Notes under the pieces: model-generated
The model's database searches: none
Told to the model about the DNA's origin: nothing
What the model saw: only the letters and a program-made list of their open reading frames with translations
Shown: positions 19,558-29,167 of the stretch, piece after piece
How positions within the stretch are numbered: position 1 is the first letter of the stretch
Layout of the letters: each line of letters begins with the position of its first letter
Program-made: the position numbers and the translations under genes
Virus record (IMG/VR): IMGVR_UViG_3300020577_007133
Coordinates: 32,001-96,000 of that record
From: a virus
Lineage: Duplodnaviria; Caudoviricetes
Direction: 5' to 3' (one strand)
Length of the DNA stretch: 64,000 nucleotides

Positions 19558-21126
19558 ATGGCAAACGAAAAATCTTTAGTTGAAGAGGCTATCATTCAAA
19601 TGAAAAATTTGGAAGAAGCTGTCGCTGAGAATGCAAAAGGAATACTTGCGTCAACAATGTCGCGAGAAATCAAAGAATTAGTAAAAGAATCTCTTACTGA
19701 ACAAGACGAGGATGAGATTGAAACTGACATTGATGTAGAAGAACCTTCAGGTTCTGAGGATATTGCTGACATTGAAATGGATAGTGATGAATTAGATGAT
19801 GAGGATGATGATACAGATATGGATAATATAGATATCGATATGGATATTGATGACGAAGATATGGACGACGAAGATATTGAGGATATGGACGACGAAGATA
19901 TGGACGACGAAGATACCATAGATTTAACTGACGCAGACGATGAAGAAGTTTTAAGAGTGTTTCAATTAATGGGACCGGATGATAATATTGTTGTTACTAA
20001 AGACGACAAAGGAAACACCCACCTAAAAGATGAAGAAACAGGTAAAGAGTATATGATTGTTGGCGAAAGTGAAGAAGAAGAAATGGACGAGTCTTGGGAT
20101 GAGGAAATGGACGAAGAGTGGGGCGGAAACAAAGATGATTTTAAAAGACGTGATGGTCATAAAATTGGTGATGTTGACGGACACTATAAAGATTATGAAT
20201 CAGACGAAGAAGAAATGGACGAGTCAATTGAATCTATCGTAGAAAGAATGTTTAATTCTGATGACGAAGATGATGAGGAAATGGATGAAGAAATGTATGA
20301 ATCTGACGACGAGGAAATGGACGAAGAAATCGTCTATGAAATTGAAATGGATGAAGAAATTGAAGAATCTATTTATGAGTCAAAATCAACAATCAAACCT
20401 AAAGGTGTTGGTATGGGAAAACCTAAGTTCTCATATGATTCAAAACCAAATCAAGGTGAAGGTTTTAAAACTAAAATGAAAGAGGGACCAAAAACTATGG
20501 GTACCGGAAAAGCTAAATTTACTTATAAAGATGGTGAAAACGCCGGAAGTAAATTAAGTAAAAATAAAATGGTGAAAAAATCTGAAACTAAAGAAGGTTC
20601 AACTGTTAAAAAAACAGAAACTAAAGAAGCTTCAAGAACATTAGGTAATGGGTCAGCATTTAGAAAAGGAGGTTTACCAAAACCAAGAGCACATTCTAAA
20701 GTAAATTCATCAATTAAAGAAAATACTTCAAATACCGAATTACAAGTTTTAAGAGAAAAGAATGAAGAATACAGAAAAGCTTTAGATATTTTTAGAAATA
20801 AATTAAATGAAGTTGCGGTATTTAATTCAAACTTAGCTTACGCTACTCGTTTATTTACAGAACATTCTACTTCAAAACAAGAAAAAATAAACATTTTAAG
20901 AAGATTTGATAGTGTTGAAACAATCAAAGAATCTAAAAATTTATATCAGACAATTAAAAATGAATTATCAGAAGTTGGAATTAAAACTCAGTCTGTTAAT
21001 GAATCACTTGAAAGAAAAATTGCTAAAGCACCTTCAACAGGTTCAGCGGTTAACTTAATTGAATCAAAAACATACGAGAATCCACAATTCTTGAGAATGA
21101 AAGATTTAATGTCAAAAATTAAATAA
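19558..21126 (+). CDS. Prohead scaffold/core protein (gp22-like position)
   Basis: Lies between protease and major capsid genes; very acidic central repeats and a coiled-coil C-terminus; TATTTAT at 19526. Confidence 0.7.
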   Translation: MANEKSLVEEAIIQMKNLEEAVAENAKGILASTMSREIKELVKESLTEQDEDEIETDIDVEEPSGSEDIADIEMDSDELDDEDDDTDMDNIDIDMDIDDEDMDDEDIEDMDDEDMDDEDTIDLTDADDEEVLRVFQLMGPDDNIVVTKDDKGNTHLKDEETGKEYMIVGESEEEEMDESWDEEMDEEWGGNKDDFKRRDGHKIGDVDGHYKDYESDEEEMDESIESIVERMFNSDDEDDEEMDEEMYESDDEEMDEEIVYEIEMDEEIEESIYESKSTIKPKGVGMGKPKFSYDSKPNQGEGFKTKMKEGPKTMGTGKAKFTYKDGENAGSKLSKNKMVKKSETKEGSTVKKTETKEASRTLGNGSAFRKGGLPKPRAHSKVNSSIKENTSNTELQVLREKNEEYRKALDIFRNKLNEVAVFNSNLAYATRLFTEHSTSKQEKINILRRFDSVETIKESKNLYQTIKNELSEVGIKTQSVNESLERKIAKAPSTGSAVNLIESKTYENPQFLRMKDLMSKIK

Positions 21127-21161
21127 TAAATAAACTAAAAAAACAAATAAAAACCAAAAAA

Positions 21162-22979
21162 ATGGGAGCATTATTAGAATCAGGTCTAGTTGGTAATATT
21201 GGGTTAAAACACCTTAAAGTTATCAAAGAAGATACTATCAACAAATGGGATAAATTAGGATTCCTAGAAGGTCTTAAAGGACACTTAAAAGAAAACGTAG
21301 CTCAGTTATATGAGAACCAAGCGTCTTTCTTAATTAACGAGGCAACAGGTGAAGGTTCAAACGGTTCATTCGAAACGGTTGTATTCCCTATTGTAAGAAG
21401 AGTTTTCTCTAAATTATTAGCGAACGAAATCGTATCAGTACAAGCAATGAACTTACCAATCGGTAAATTATTCTACTTTGTACCTAAAATTCAAGGTTTC
21501 TCAGGTGGAACTATTAGTCAATCAGGTGACCACTACTCACCGGTAGGTTCTCCGGGTAATTACCCTGGTAATCCAACTAATGGTTATACAGGTGCAGGAG
21601 CATACCAAAAAAACCTTTATGATTTATTCTACGAAGGTACTGAACCAGGTTTAGACCCTGAAGGATTATTCGACTATTCAAAAGGTAGATGGTCGGCTAT
21701 TACGGCTAACTGTCAAACTGTTGCGTGGTCTAATGGTGATTTAGTAACATCAGCATATACTGCGGGAGAATTTAGAAAAATTTTAGTTGCTATGTCAGGT
21801 TTCTCATCTACGGGTGATGGAAAATTAATCGGACCTAACGGTCAAGAAATGGATACTGAAGAGTTTTTATCAGGTCTTAGATTATTCACTTCTGACTCAA
21901 CTGTGGCAACACAATTAGGTACATCAACTTATAGTAATTTATTATTTAGAGTTGTAACTCAAAAATACGGTAAAGGTATTGCACAATATGGAACTACAAC
22001 AACTACTACTTGGCCTACTGATGGTAATGGTGGTTCATTTAAAAACATTTGTGACGCTACAGGTGTTATCTATTTAGAAATTGATACTCAAGTACCGGTT
22101 TGTGTTTCTTGTGGTCAATCAACACCTGATGGTTATTCAGGAGCTACTATTACAACAGCAGCTTGGTCAGGTACAGGTGCTAGCTCACCAATTAAAGCGG
22201 CTTTCAGACGTTACGAAGAGTTAGAGTTTGAAGATAAAATCGGTGAAGTTTCTTTCGATTTAGAATCTGTTACAGTTTCTGTTACTGAAAGAAAATTAAG
22301 AGCACAATGGTCTCCTGAGTTAGCTCAAGACGTTGCGGCTTTCCACAACATCGATGCTGAAGCTGAATTAACAGCTTTATTATCTGAACAAGTTGCAGCA
22401 GAAATTGACCGTGAAATCTTACGTGATTTACGTAAAGGTGCAGCTTGGACATTACGTTGGGATTACAACGGATGGAGAAGATTATCAGCAACAACTTCTT
22501 ATACTCAAAAAGATTGGAACCAAACGTTAATCACTGCGATTAACCAATTATCAGCACAAATCCACAAATCTACATTAAGAGGTGGTGCTAACTGGATTGT
22601 AGTTTCATCTGAGGTTTCAGCTATCTTTGACGATTTAGAATACTTCCACGTATCTAACGCGTCTCCTGAGCAAGACCAATACAATATGGGTATTGAAAGA
22701 GTTGGTACATTAGCAGGTCGTTACCAAGTATACCGTGACCCTTACTTCCCAGCAAACACTGTGTTAATCGGTCACAAAGGTACATCGTTACTTGATACAG
22801 GTTACATCTACGCTCCGTACGTACCGTTACAATTAACACCAACAATGTACAACCCATTCAACTTTACACCTATTAAAGGTATAATGACACGTTACGCTAA
22901 GAAAATGGTTAACGACCGTTTCTATGGTAAAATCACAGTTGATGGTGTTAGAACATTCGATTTAAGAGAATTGAGATAA
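21162..22979 (+). CDS. Major capsid protein (T4 gp23-like) with a large central insertion
   Basis: VSVQAMNLPIGKLF, RKLRAQWSPELAQD, DAEAELTALLSEQVAAEIDRE, YAPYVPL and FTPIKGIMTRY motifs. Confidence 0.95.
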   Translation: MGALLESGLVGNIGLKHLKVIKEDTINKWDKLGFLEGLKGHLKENVAQLYENQASFLINEATGEGSNGSFETVVFPIVRRVFSKLLANEIVSVQAMNLPIGKLFYFVPKIQGFSGGTISQSGDHYSPVGSPGNYPGNPTNGYTGAGAYQKNLYDLFYEGTEPGLDPEGLFDYSKGRWSAITANCQTVAWSNGDLVTSAYTAGEFRKILVAMSGFSSTGDGKLIGPNGQEMDTEEFLSGLRLFTSDSTVATQLGTSTYSNLLFRVVTQKYGKGIAQYGTTTTTTWPTDGNGGSFKNICDATGVIYLEIDTQVPVCVSCGQSTPDGYSGATITTAAWSGTGASSPIKAAFRRYEELEFEDKIGEVSFDLESVTVSVTERKLRAQWSPELAQDVAAFHNIDAEAELTALLSEQVAAEIDREILRDLRKGAAWTLRWDYNGWRRLSATTSYTQKDWNQTLITAINQLSAQIHKSTLRGGANWIVVSSEVSAIFDDLEYFHVSNASPEQDQYNMGIERVGTLAGRYQVYRDPYFPANTVLIGHKGTSLLDTGYIYAPYVPLQLTPTMYNPFNFTPIKGIMTRYAKKMVNDRFYGKITVDGVRTFDLRELR

Positions 22980-22996
22980 TCAAAATCTTAAAATAT

Positions 22997-23026
22997 AAAA
23001 AAAGAGGACTATATGTCCTCTTTTTT
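22997..23026. terminator. Bidirectional intrinsic terminator after the capsid gene
   Basis: AAAAAAAGAGGAC-TATAT-GTCCTCTTTTTT; same stem as the terminator at 19411. Confidence 0.85.
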
Positions 23027-23227
23027 ATTTGTTACCCTAATCGCTTTGGATAAGACCTCACATTCACCCAATGAATATATTCCGGATTGATATGCGTATT
23101 TAACGGCTTGTGTTAAATAATAAATTCCGTGTTCTTTTGTCATAGTTGATATGATAGCATCCAAATGTTGTTCTGTTTGTATTGGGATAGATTCAAATAA
23201 TTTTCCGAATAAAGATTGTTCTTCCAT
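23009..23227 (-). CDS. Small hypothetical protein
   Basis: 72 aa ORF ending in the terminator. Confidence 0.6.
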   Translation of the reverse strand: MEEQSLFGKLFESIPIQTEQHLDAIISTMTKEHGIYYLTQAVKYAYQSGIYSLGECEVLSKAIRVTNKKEDI

Positions 23228-23255
23228 TTTAGTATTTTTAGATATTTATAATTAT

Positions 23256-23639
23256 ATGAAAAAAAATAACAAAATACAGATTACAGAAGCAACCGGTGAT
23301 AGTTCCGGGGGAAGAGGTTCTTATGTCGCACCAATGCAATTGGGTATTAGACAATTTAAAAAATCTCAGATGGGGCCGTTTACCATTCCGGTATCCAAAT
23401 ACGATAGTCCGGAATTAGAGTACGATAGTTATGATGGTTCGATGGATGAAACAAATAAACAGATTAAGAAAATAGAATCCAAAGCAAAAAAAGTAACTAA
23501 TTATATTAAAAAACACCCAAATTCAACATTTAGTGATGATGAAGGTAATAATATAAATCAAACTCCCGGTAAAAATAAAACCATTGTCCCAATTATTGGA
23601 GAATGGATTGAGATAACCCAAGATACTATTATAGAATAA
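23256..23639 (+). CDS. Hypothetical late protein
   Basis: ATG 23256 follows TATTTAT at 23243; starts MKKNNKIQITEATG. Confidence 0.65.
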   Translation: MKKNNKIQITEATGDSSGGRGSYVAPMQLGIRQFKKSQMGPFTIPVSKYDSPELEYDSYDGSMDETNKQIKKIESKAKKVTNYIKKHPNSTFSDDEGNNINQTPGKNKTIVPIIGEWIEITQDTIIE

Positions 23640-23668
23640 AAAACCCCTACTCTAAAGAGGGGTTTTTT
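23638..23668. terminator. Bidirectional intrinsic terminator
   Basis: AAAAAACCCCT...AGGGGTTTTTT between convergent genes. Confidence 0.75.
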
Positions 23669-24090
23669 GTTTTAATCAAAATTTTATTTTTTAGTTTTGA
23701 TAATGAATATTCAACCTGTGATTTCATTTGGTCAATTCTCTTCATTCTATTTTCTTGTACTTTATTGTCGTACATATTAATCATTTTTTTCCATTCTCTA
23801 TCACTTAATGGTATATTACTATAATAACATACGTGATTAATTATTGTTATTTTTTTATCATCAAGTATTATAAAAATGCCCAATTTTTTATTCTCAACTA
23901 TTCTGTGTGATGATAAAGGTGCAATCTCGTAAATTGAGTTAATATGTCTAAGTACGTTCCGGAAAATGAATTTACAATCATTAATATCGGCTAATCTTCC
24001 CGGGTCAACAATATCATAAAAGTTTTTTAACTCTAAAAGTTTTTTCTTAACTCTTCTTCGTTTTATTTTACGTTTTAAAAATTTTATCAT
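23647..24090 (-). CDS. Hypothetical basic protein (host-type promoter)
   Basis: ATG 24090 lies downstream of TTTG-N19-TATATTTG. Confidence 0.65.
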   Translation of the reverse strand: MIKFLKRKIKRRRVKKKLLELKNFYDIVDPGRLADINDCKFIFRNVLRHINSIYEIAPLSSHRIVENKKLGIFIILDDKKITIINHVCYYSNIPLSDREWKKMINMYDNKVQENRMKRIDQMKSQVEYSLSKLKNKILIKTKNPSLE

Positions 24091-24108
24091 AACTTTAAAA
24101 TTATTGGA

Positions 24109-24139
24109 CAAATATACGAATAAAAAAATAAACACCAAA
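24109..24139 (-). promoter_or_regulatory. Bacteroidota sigma70-type promoter
   Basis: TTTG-N19-TATATTTG on the minus strand. Confidence 0.75.
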
Positions 24140-24195
24140 AAAAAATGGAAAAAAATTAATTTTTCCATTTTAAATAATTTTTTTCCTATAACTTT

Positions 24196-24582
24196 TTAAT
24201 TATTTAAACCATTAAAACCTCCAATACTCACCGTATTATTTTGGGAAATTGCACGATTTTGAGAATTAACATATATTGCGTGAGGAACAGTTGTTGCAGT
24301 AACTGATTCAACTGAATCGCAACTTGTACAATTTATTGACGTAATACCTGCACTATTGGCCGGTGTTATACATTGTGTACAAGAAGTGTATGGTCCATAT
24401 GCTAATGTTAGTGTAGAATCATTTGTTGTTGTTACACCTGATGATGATATTGTGATACATCTACCATCATTAACTTGATAAATTCTGTTAATCGGGTTTG
24501 CAGTTATAATTAAATCATCCGTAATGAAAGTTATTGAGGTACTATCATTACAAGTTGTTGCTGTAAAATATCTATTTGCCAT
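24196..24582 (-). CDS. Cys/Thr-rich small virion-type protein
   Basis: 128 aa with CxxC pairs; late motif at 24597-24603 (minus strand). Confidence 0.6.
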   Translation of the reverse strand: MANRYFTATTCNDSTSITFITDDLIITANPINRIYQVNDGRCITISSSGVTTTNDSTLTLAYGPYTSCTQCITPANSAGITSINCTSCDSVESVTATTVPHAIYVNSQNRAISQNNTVSIGGFNGLNN

Positions 24583-24608
24583 AATGTTTTTTATTTATAA
24601 ATATCTAA

Positions 24609-26069
24609 TTATTCCAAATACTTTAAATTTACTATTTGGAATTTAATTTGTTTTTTATATGTATTTATTTCACCACTACTTATCACTTTTAAATCAATAT
24701 AATATTCATTAGGTATTTTGTCTCTAGTGTCAAATATAAAGTAATATTCGTTTGGTGTTCTATTTATTTTAGTCCAATCCTGAACTTCAACCTCGGTTTG
24801 ACCTTCACGTACATATACCCGATAATAAGCCTCTACGTTTGGTAATAATTTTTGAGTGGTATATGCTTGTTTAATAACAACTCCGACTTTTCTAATATCA
24901 GTATTATATATTTTTTCATCCTGTTTAATTCCGTAAAAATCAAAACCATACACTTTGGGTTCTTGTGTTGTGGTACCAATTTGAATCGATTTTTTCAATG
25001 GATGAATTGTAAATGAATTTGTAACATTTGGTAATGAAAAACCATTTAAAGTTAATCCCGACCAAATATCATAAAAAGAACAAGGGGTTTGATATCCAAT
25101 CAGAGGGGGAATTGTTACTTCATAGACACCTTTGGTTCTTTGGCACACATCTAAATAAGGGGTTGATAATCCTAATATTGGTGTTCCATTTGCATCGGAT
25201 ATAGAAACTGAAGGTAATGAGTCTAAGTTAATAGGGTTACCATCTTCATAAAGATATAGATACAACTTATTAACTTTACCTAATGAGAATGAATTTCTAT
25301 CATCTTCAATTAAGTCATCATAGTTAGTTTCTAAGAATGGTTCGTAGAATGTTTGAGTATGTCTAGTAAAGAATTGTACTTCGTAGTTCTCAGTTAATCC
25401 TGTTAGGTTTTCCACTTGTGGTAGATAAGCAATTCCCCACCCGGTAACATTAGTTAATTGACCGGTTAAAATACTGTTAATTTCATTCGTCATATCAAAT
25501 GAAATATTTTCATTACCAAATTGGAAATGTTGAGTATCCACGATTGTTAATGCACTATAAGGGAACATTCCGGTATTCTTATTGTTATAGATACCCGGTT
25601 CAGTCCAACCACCGATTGTTGTTGTTTGAATCCAATTGGAAGGTCTTGTAGAGAAGTTTTTATCTGAATTACTATAATCGTAAATTAAGTCGGCAAAATC
25701 ATAACCAACACCTTCATCCCATATTTGGTTATCCGGTATTCTAAATAGAATTAAGTCAAATGATGTTGCACGTAATCTACCTTGGGAAGTACTCGTATTT
25801 AATGTTTCAAGATTAAATGTTGAAGTATTAACCATTCTTAATGTGTGGGTCATACCATCAGTACAAGTTGTAGATATTGTTCCATCGGCAACCTTTTCTT
25901 GAAGAAGTGTAAGGTCTAAATCAAATATGAAACGACTATAACCATTTGGGTACTGTGATGTCGCCAACGAACCATAAAATAGTTCAGTCACCGGGTTTCT
26001 TCCGGTGTTGGTTAAACTATTTGATATGATTGTATTGTTTTTACTAAAATAGGAATTGTTAATTGACAT
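24609..26069 (-). CDS. Putative virion structural protein
   Basis: Beta-rich ORF of about 486 aa; ATG 26069 after late motif 26084-26090. Confidence 0.6.
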   Translation of the reverse strand: MSINNSYFSKNNTIISNSLTNTGRNPVTELFYGSLATSQYPNGYSRFIFDLDLTLLQEKVADGTISTTCTDGMTHTLRMVNTSTFNLETLNTSTSQGRLRATSFDLILFRIPDNQIWDEGVGYDFADLIYDYSNSDKNFSTRPSNWIQTTTIGGWTEPGIYNNKNTGMFPYSALTIVDTQHFQFGNENISFDMTNEINSILTGQLTNVTGWGIAYLPQVENLTGLTENYEVQFFTRHTQTFYEPFLETNYDDLIEDDRNSFSLGKVNKLYLYLYEDGNPINLDSLPSVSISDANGTPILGLSTPYLDVCQRTKGVYEVTIPPLIGYQTPCSFYDIWSGLTLNGFSLPNVTNSFTIHPLKKSIQIGTTTQEPKVYGFDFYGIKQDEKIYNTDIRKVGVVIKQAYTTQKLLPNVEAYYRVYVREGQTEVEVQDWTKINRTPNEYYFIFDTRDKIPNEYYIDLKVISSGEINTYKKQIKFQIVNLKYLE

Positions 26070-26094
26070 AAAATGTTTTAACAATAAATATCTT

Positions 26095-27388
26095 CTAACT
26101 TAAAAACTTTTTTTATATTTTTTTTTTAGATAAAATTAATAAAAAATCTAAACTTTTACTAAATTTGTGATATTTATATATAAGATGATTTATAAATCGT
26201 ATAAATATAGAATTTATCCTAACAAACAACAAGAAGAACTTATATTAAAACATATGGGTTGTTCTCGTTGGATTTATAATTATGGGTTGTCTCGAAAAAT
26301 ACATCATTACCAACAAGTCGGGAAAGGGTTATCCAAATTTGATTTAAAAAAAGACCTACCCGAACTTAAAAAAAATGAAGAAACATCTTGGTTAAAAGAG
26401 GTTAATTCTCAAACCCTACAAGCGTCATTAGAAAATTTAGATAAAGCCTTTACCAAGTTTTTTAAAGATAAAAAAGGATTTCCAAAATTTAAGTCAAAAA
26501 AAGATAACAGACAAAGTTTTAATATACCACAAAACACAATAATTGATTTTGAATCCGGAAAAATAAATTTACCAAAATTTAAAACGGATATTAAAGTTAA
26601 GATTGATAGAGTTTTTGATGGAACAATTAAAACCAGTACAATAAGTAAAACACCAACCGGAAAATATTTTATTTCTGTTTTGGTTGAGTCGCAACAAGAA
26701 TTACCAAAGAAAAAACCATTGAGTGAAAAACAAGCCATAGGAATTGATTTAGGTGTTAAAACTTTTGCAACATTATCAAACGGAATGGAAATAGAAAATC
26801 CAAAACATTTAAAAAAATCATTAAAAAAATTAAAGAAATTACAACGTAAAGTCTCTAAAAAACAAAAAGGAAGTAATAACAGACTAAAATCCGTTAAAAA
26901 ACTAGCAATACTTCACGAGAAAATAACCAATAAAAGAATGGATTTCTTACATAAAACATCACATTATTTGGTTACAAATTTTGATACTTTATGTTTGGAA
27001 ACATTAAAATCCGGTAATATGATGAAAAATCATACATTGGCTCAAGCTCTTAGTGATATATCTATTAGTAAATTTAATGAGATGATTGATTATAAATCCG
27101 AATGGTATGGATGTAATATTTTGAGGATAGGACAATTTGAACCTAGTTCTAAAATGTGTTCTTGTGGTGTTATAAATAAAGAATTAAAATTAAATCAAAG
27201 AGTTTGGACTTGTAATAGTTGTGGAACAACACATAATAGAGATATTCTAGCGGCAAACAATATTAAACACTTTGCTTTTACAAAAAATAATACTGCTGGA
27301 ACGGCAGAAATTTACGCTTGTGGAGATATGAAAGACAATAGTCGGTCAGCCCAAGAAACCCTACAATAATTAATTGTAAGGTGGTTCA
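26095..27388 (+). mobile_element. IS200/IS605-like tnpB-only element 1 (left boundary approximate)
   Basis: tnpB, subterminal hairpin CCTACAAT-AATTA-ATTGTAAGG and right end GGTTCA at 27383-27388; no tnpA. Confidence 0.7.
26185..27369 (+). CDS. tnpB: TnpB RNA-guided endonuclease (IS200/IS605 family, tnpB only)
   Basis: HTH KSYKYRIYPN; RuvC motifs GIDLG, LCLETL, HNRDILAA; Zn finger CSCG..CNSC. Confidence 0.93.
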   Translation: MIYKSYKYRIYPNKQQEELILKHMGCSRWIYNYGLSRKIHHYQQVGKGLSKFDLKKDLPELKKNEETSWLKEVNSQTLQASLENLDKAFTKFFKDKKGFPKFKSKKDNRQSFNIPQNTIIDFESGKINLPKFKTDIKVKIDRVFDGTIKTSTISKTPTGKYFISVLVESQQELPKKKPLSEKQAIGIDLGVKTFATLSNGMEIENPKHLKKSLKKLKKLQRKVSKKQKGSNNRLKSVKKLAILHEKITNKRMDFLHKTSHYLVTNFDTLCLETLKSGNMMKNHTLAQALSDISISKFNEMIDYKSEWYGCNILRIGQFEPSSKMCSCGVINKELKLNQRVWTCNSCGTTHNRDILAANNIKHFAFTKNNTAGTAEIYACGDMKDNSRSAQETLQ

Positions 27389-27408
27389 ATTTATACGAAT
27401 ATTTTGAT
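27285..27408 (+). ncRNA. Predicted omegaRNA (reRNA) of TnpB1 with flanking guide
   Basis: Scaffold overlaps the tnpB 3' end (CTGCTGGAACGGCAG hairpin, GCTTGTGGAGA...GCCCAAGAAACC) up to the right end TTCA; guide would be ATTTATACGAATATTTTGAT; boundaries inferred. Confidence 0.6.
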
Positions 27409-28954
27409 TTAGAACAGTATTATTTACATCGGCTAATAATTGGTTAATACTGGTTTTGGTTGTTTTGGAACCTTGGGTCGCTTCATCCGGTACCATATTA
27501 GAGTGAGGGTGAACGTGATTGTTCATAAAATCAACAATTTTTTCAATTAACTTGATTAATTCTTCACCCCTAACAGAAGAGTACGTTTTTTCAAATAAAG
27601 TATCTCCAACACCAACAAATCTATCTTGAGGAATACCATAAAGGGTATCAGATAAATTAATAATACCTTTTGGACTACCTGAGTTTTGAGATAATAAATA
27701 AACTTTTTGAGCCCCTAATACCCCATAACTAATATCTTCACTTTGTATTTTTGAAGGGGTTATACTTTCTTCTTTTAAATCAGACTGAGGTCCAAATAAT
27801 GGTTTTCCTCCTTTATTTCCGGAAACTAAAAACCAACCTTCCTCTTTTGAGTTATTAAGTTTTATATTGTTGTAGAAACGACGATAATTGATATATTCCA
27901 ACACATCAGGTAATGCGGTTGATGGTGAGAATTTTTTACCGGTTTCGTAGGTTTGTTTTGATGGGGTTACAATAAATGGAAATGCGTTTCTTAAATTCTG
28001 AATGTTATTAACGGTTATACCGGTAAATAAAATGTTTGGTGAATATATTAGTGATATGAAATCATTAATAATTTTCACACATTCAGTAAAAGGTTTACCC
28101 ATAAAAGAAACTGATTCCAATTCGGCACCATAATCCTCACCACTAGTTAAATCTAATATTGTATCAAACTTAAAATTTTGAGTATTAACTTTTGAACTTG
28201 GTTTTAGATTATATAGTTTAACAGAACCGGTAAATGAATCGGCACTCGAGTTTAGTGTAGTAATATCCCAAACAATCATTTTTTGAACCATTTGGATATT
28301 CTCAACTAATCTATATTTTGTTTCTTTTGGTAAATTTGTTTTTGTTTGAGTGAATCTTGTTAATTGTAAAAACGCTCTATTTTGATTTCCAACCGGGAAT
28401 TTATCTTTTGATAATTCTTTTGTTTTTCCGGCACGAATTAAAACTTCATTTTCTTTAACAATAACATCGGCAGTTCCACGACCCAATAAAGCATTATCTC
28501 CCGGTTCCGGAAATACCCCTTTACTTTTATCATTACGATATTCCCCGTCTTGGTTTTTCAAACTCATACCTTGTTTGATTCTATCACCGGTTGCCAAGAA
28601 TTTTTTAGCCCCTTGGTAATATTCAAATGGTGAAGTCATTGGGGATGAAAACGGACCTTGAAGATAAAATTGATTTTTATATGGGTATTTTTTATTCATA
28701 TAAATAATATGAACGTACTCATCTATTTTAGGTGTTTGACTAATATAGAAAGGTAATAAAGGTAAAAAGATTAACGGGTCTTTAGATGTCCATTTATCCG
28801 TCTCTTCATTCCAATCAGGAACTGACGCAATAATATCTTGATAGTTCTTCGTTTCAGGTATAATACGAAGTCTACCTAACATCATCGGGTCTTGGTTGTC
28901 ATAAACATACCCCGGAAATAATATTTGATATTTATTTTCGTTATCTATTGTCAT
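27386..28954 (-). CDS. Baseplate hub/central spike-like protein (gp5/VgrG-type OB-fold)
   Basis: N-terminal DNQDPMMLGRLRI and PKIDEYV motifs like gp5 OB-folds; C-terminal HVHPH resembling spike-tip metal-binding HxH. Confidence 0.65.
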   Translation of the reverse strand: MTIDNENKYQILFPGYVYDNQDPMMLGRLRIIPETKNYQDIIASVPDWNEETDKWTSKDPLIFLPLLPFYISQTPKIDEYVHIIYMNKKYPYKNQFYLQGPFSSPMTSPFEYYQGAKKFLATGDRIKQGMSLKNQDGEYRNDKSKGVFPEPGDNALLGRGTADVIVKENEVLIRAGKTKELSKDKFPVGNQNRAFLQLTRFTQTKTNLPKETKYRLVENIQMVQKMIVWDITTLNSSADSFTGSVKLYNLKPSSKVNTQNFKFDTILDLTSGEDYGAELESVSFMGKPFTECVKIINDFISLIYSPNILFTGITVNNIQNLRNAFPFIVTPSKQTYETGKKFSPSTALPDVLEYINYRRFYNNIKLNNSKEEGWFLVSGNKGGKPLFGPQSDLKEESITPSKIQSEDISYGVLGAQKVYLLSQNSGSPKGIINLSDTLYGIPQDRFVGVGDTLFEKTYSSVRGEELIKLIEKIVDFMNNHVHPHSNMVPDEATQGSKTTKTSINQLLADVNNTVLNQNIRIN

Positions 28955-29165
28955 TTGGATTCATTCGTTTTTGATATTCTTTTAATATCATATTATATGT
29001 TGTCTCAATTCTATCAATTTGTTCGGTACCTTTTAATACCATATTTTTGGTAAATTCAAAATCTTCTTGAAGATGGTCCATAACCATCACCAAATCTTTA
29101 TTTGATGAATTTTTATAATCATTGATTATACTTAATATTTTTGCTGATTTCTCTTTTCTATCCAT
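28941..29165 (-). CDS. Small coiled-coil hypothetical protein
   Basis: 74 aa ORF within the operon. Confidence 0.6.
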   Translation of the reverse strand: MDRKEKSAKILSIINDYKNSSNKDLVMVMDHLQEDFEFTKNMVLKGTEQIDRIETTYNMILKEYQKRMNPNDNR

Positions 29166-29167
29166 AA

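Noticed and set aside
19411-23026. Two near-identical AAGAGGAC/GTCCTCTT hairpins as mobile-element ends
   Set aside because: Both follow stop codons and have T tracts, so they are simply terminators flanking the scaffold-capsid unit
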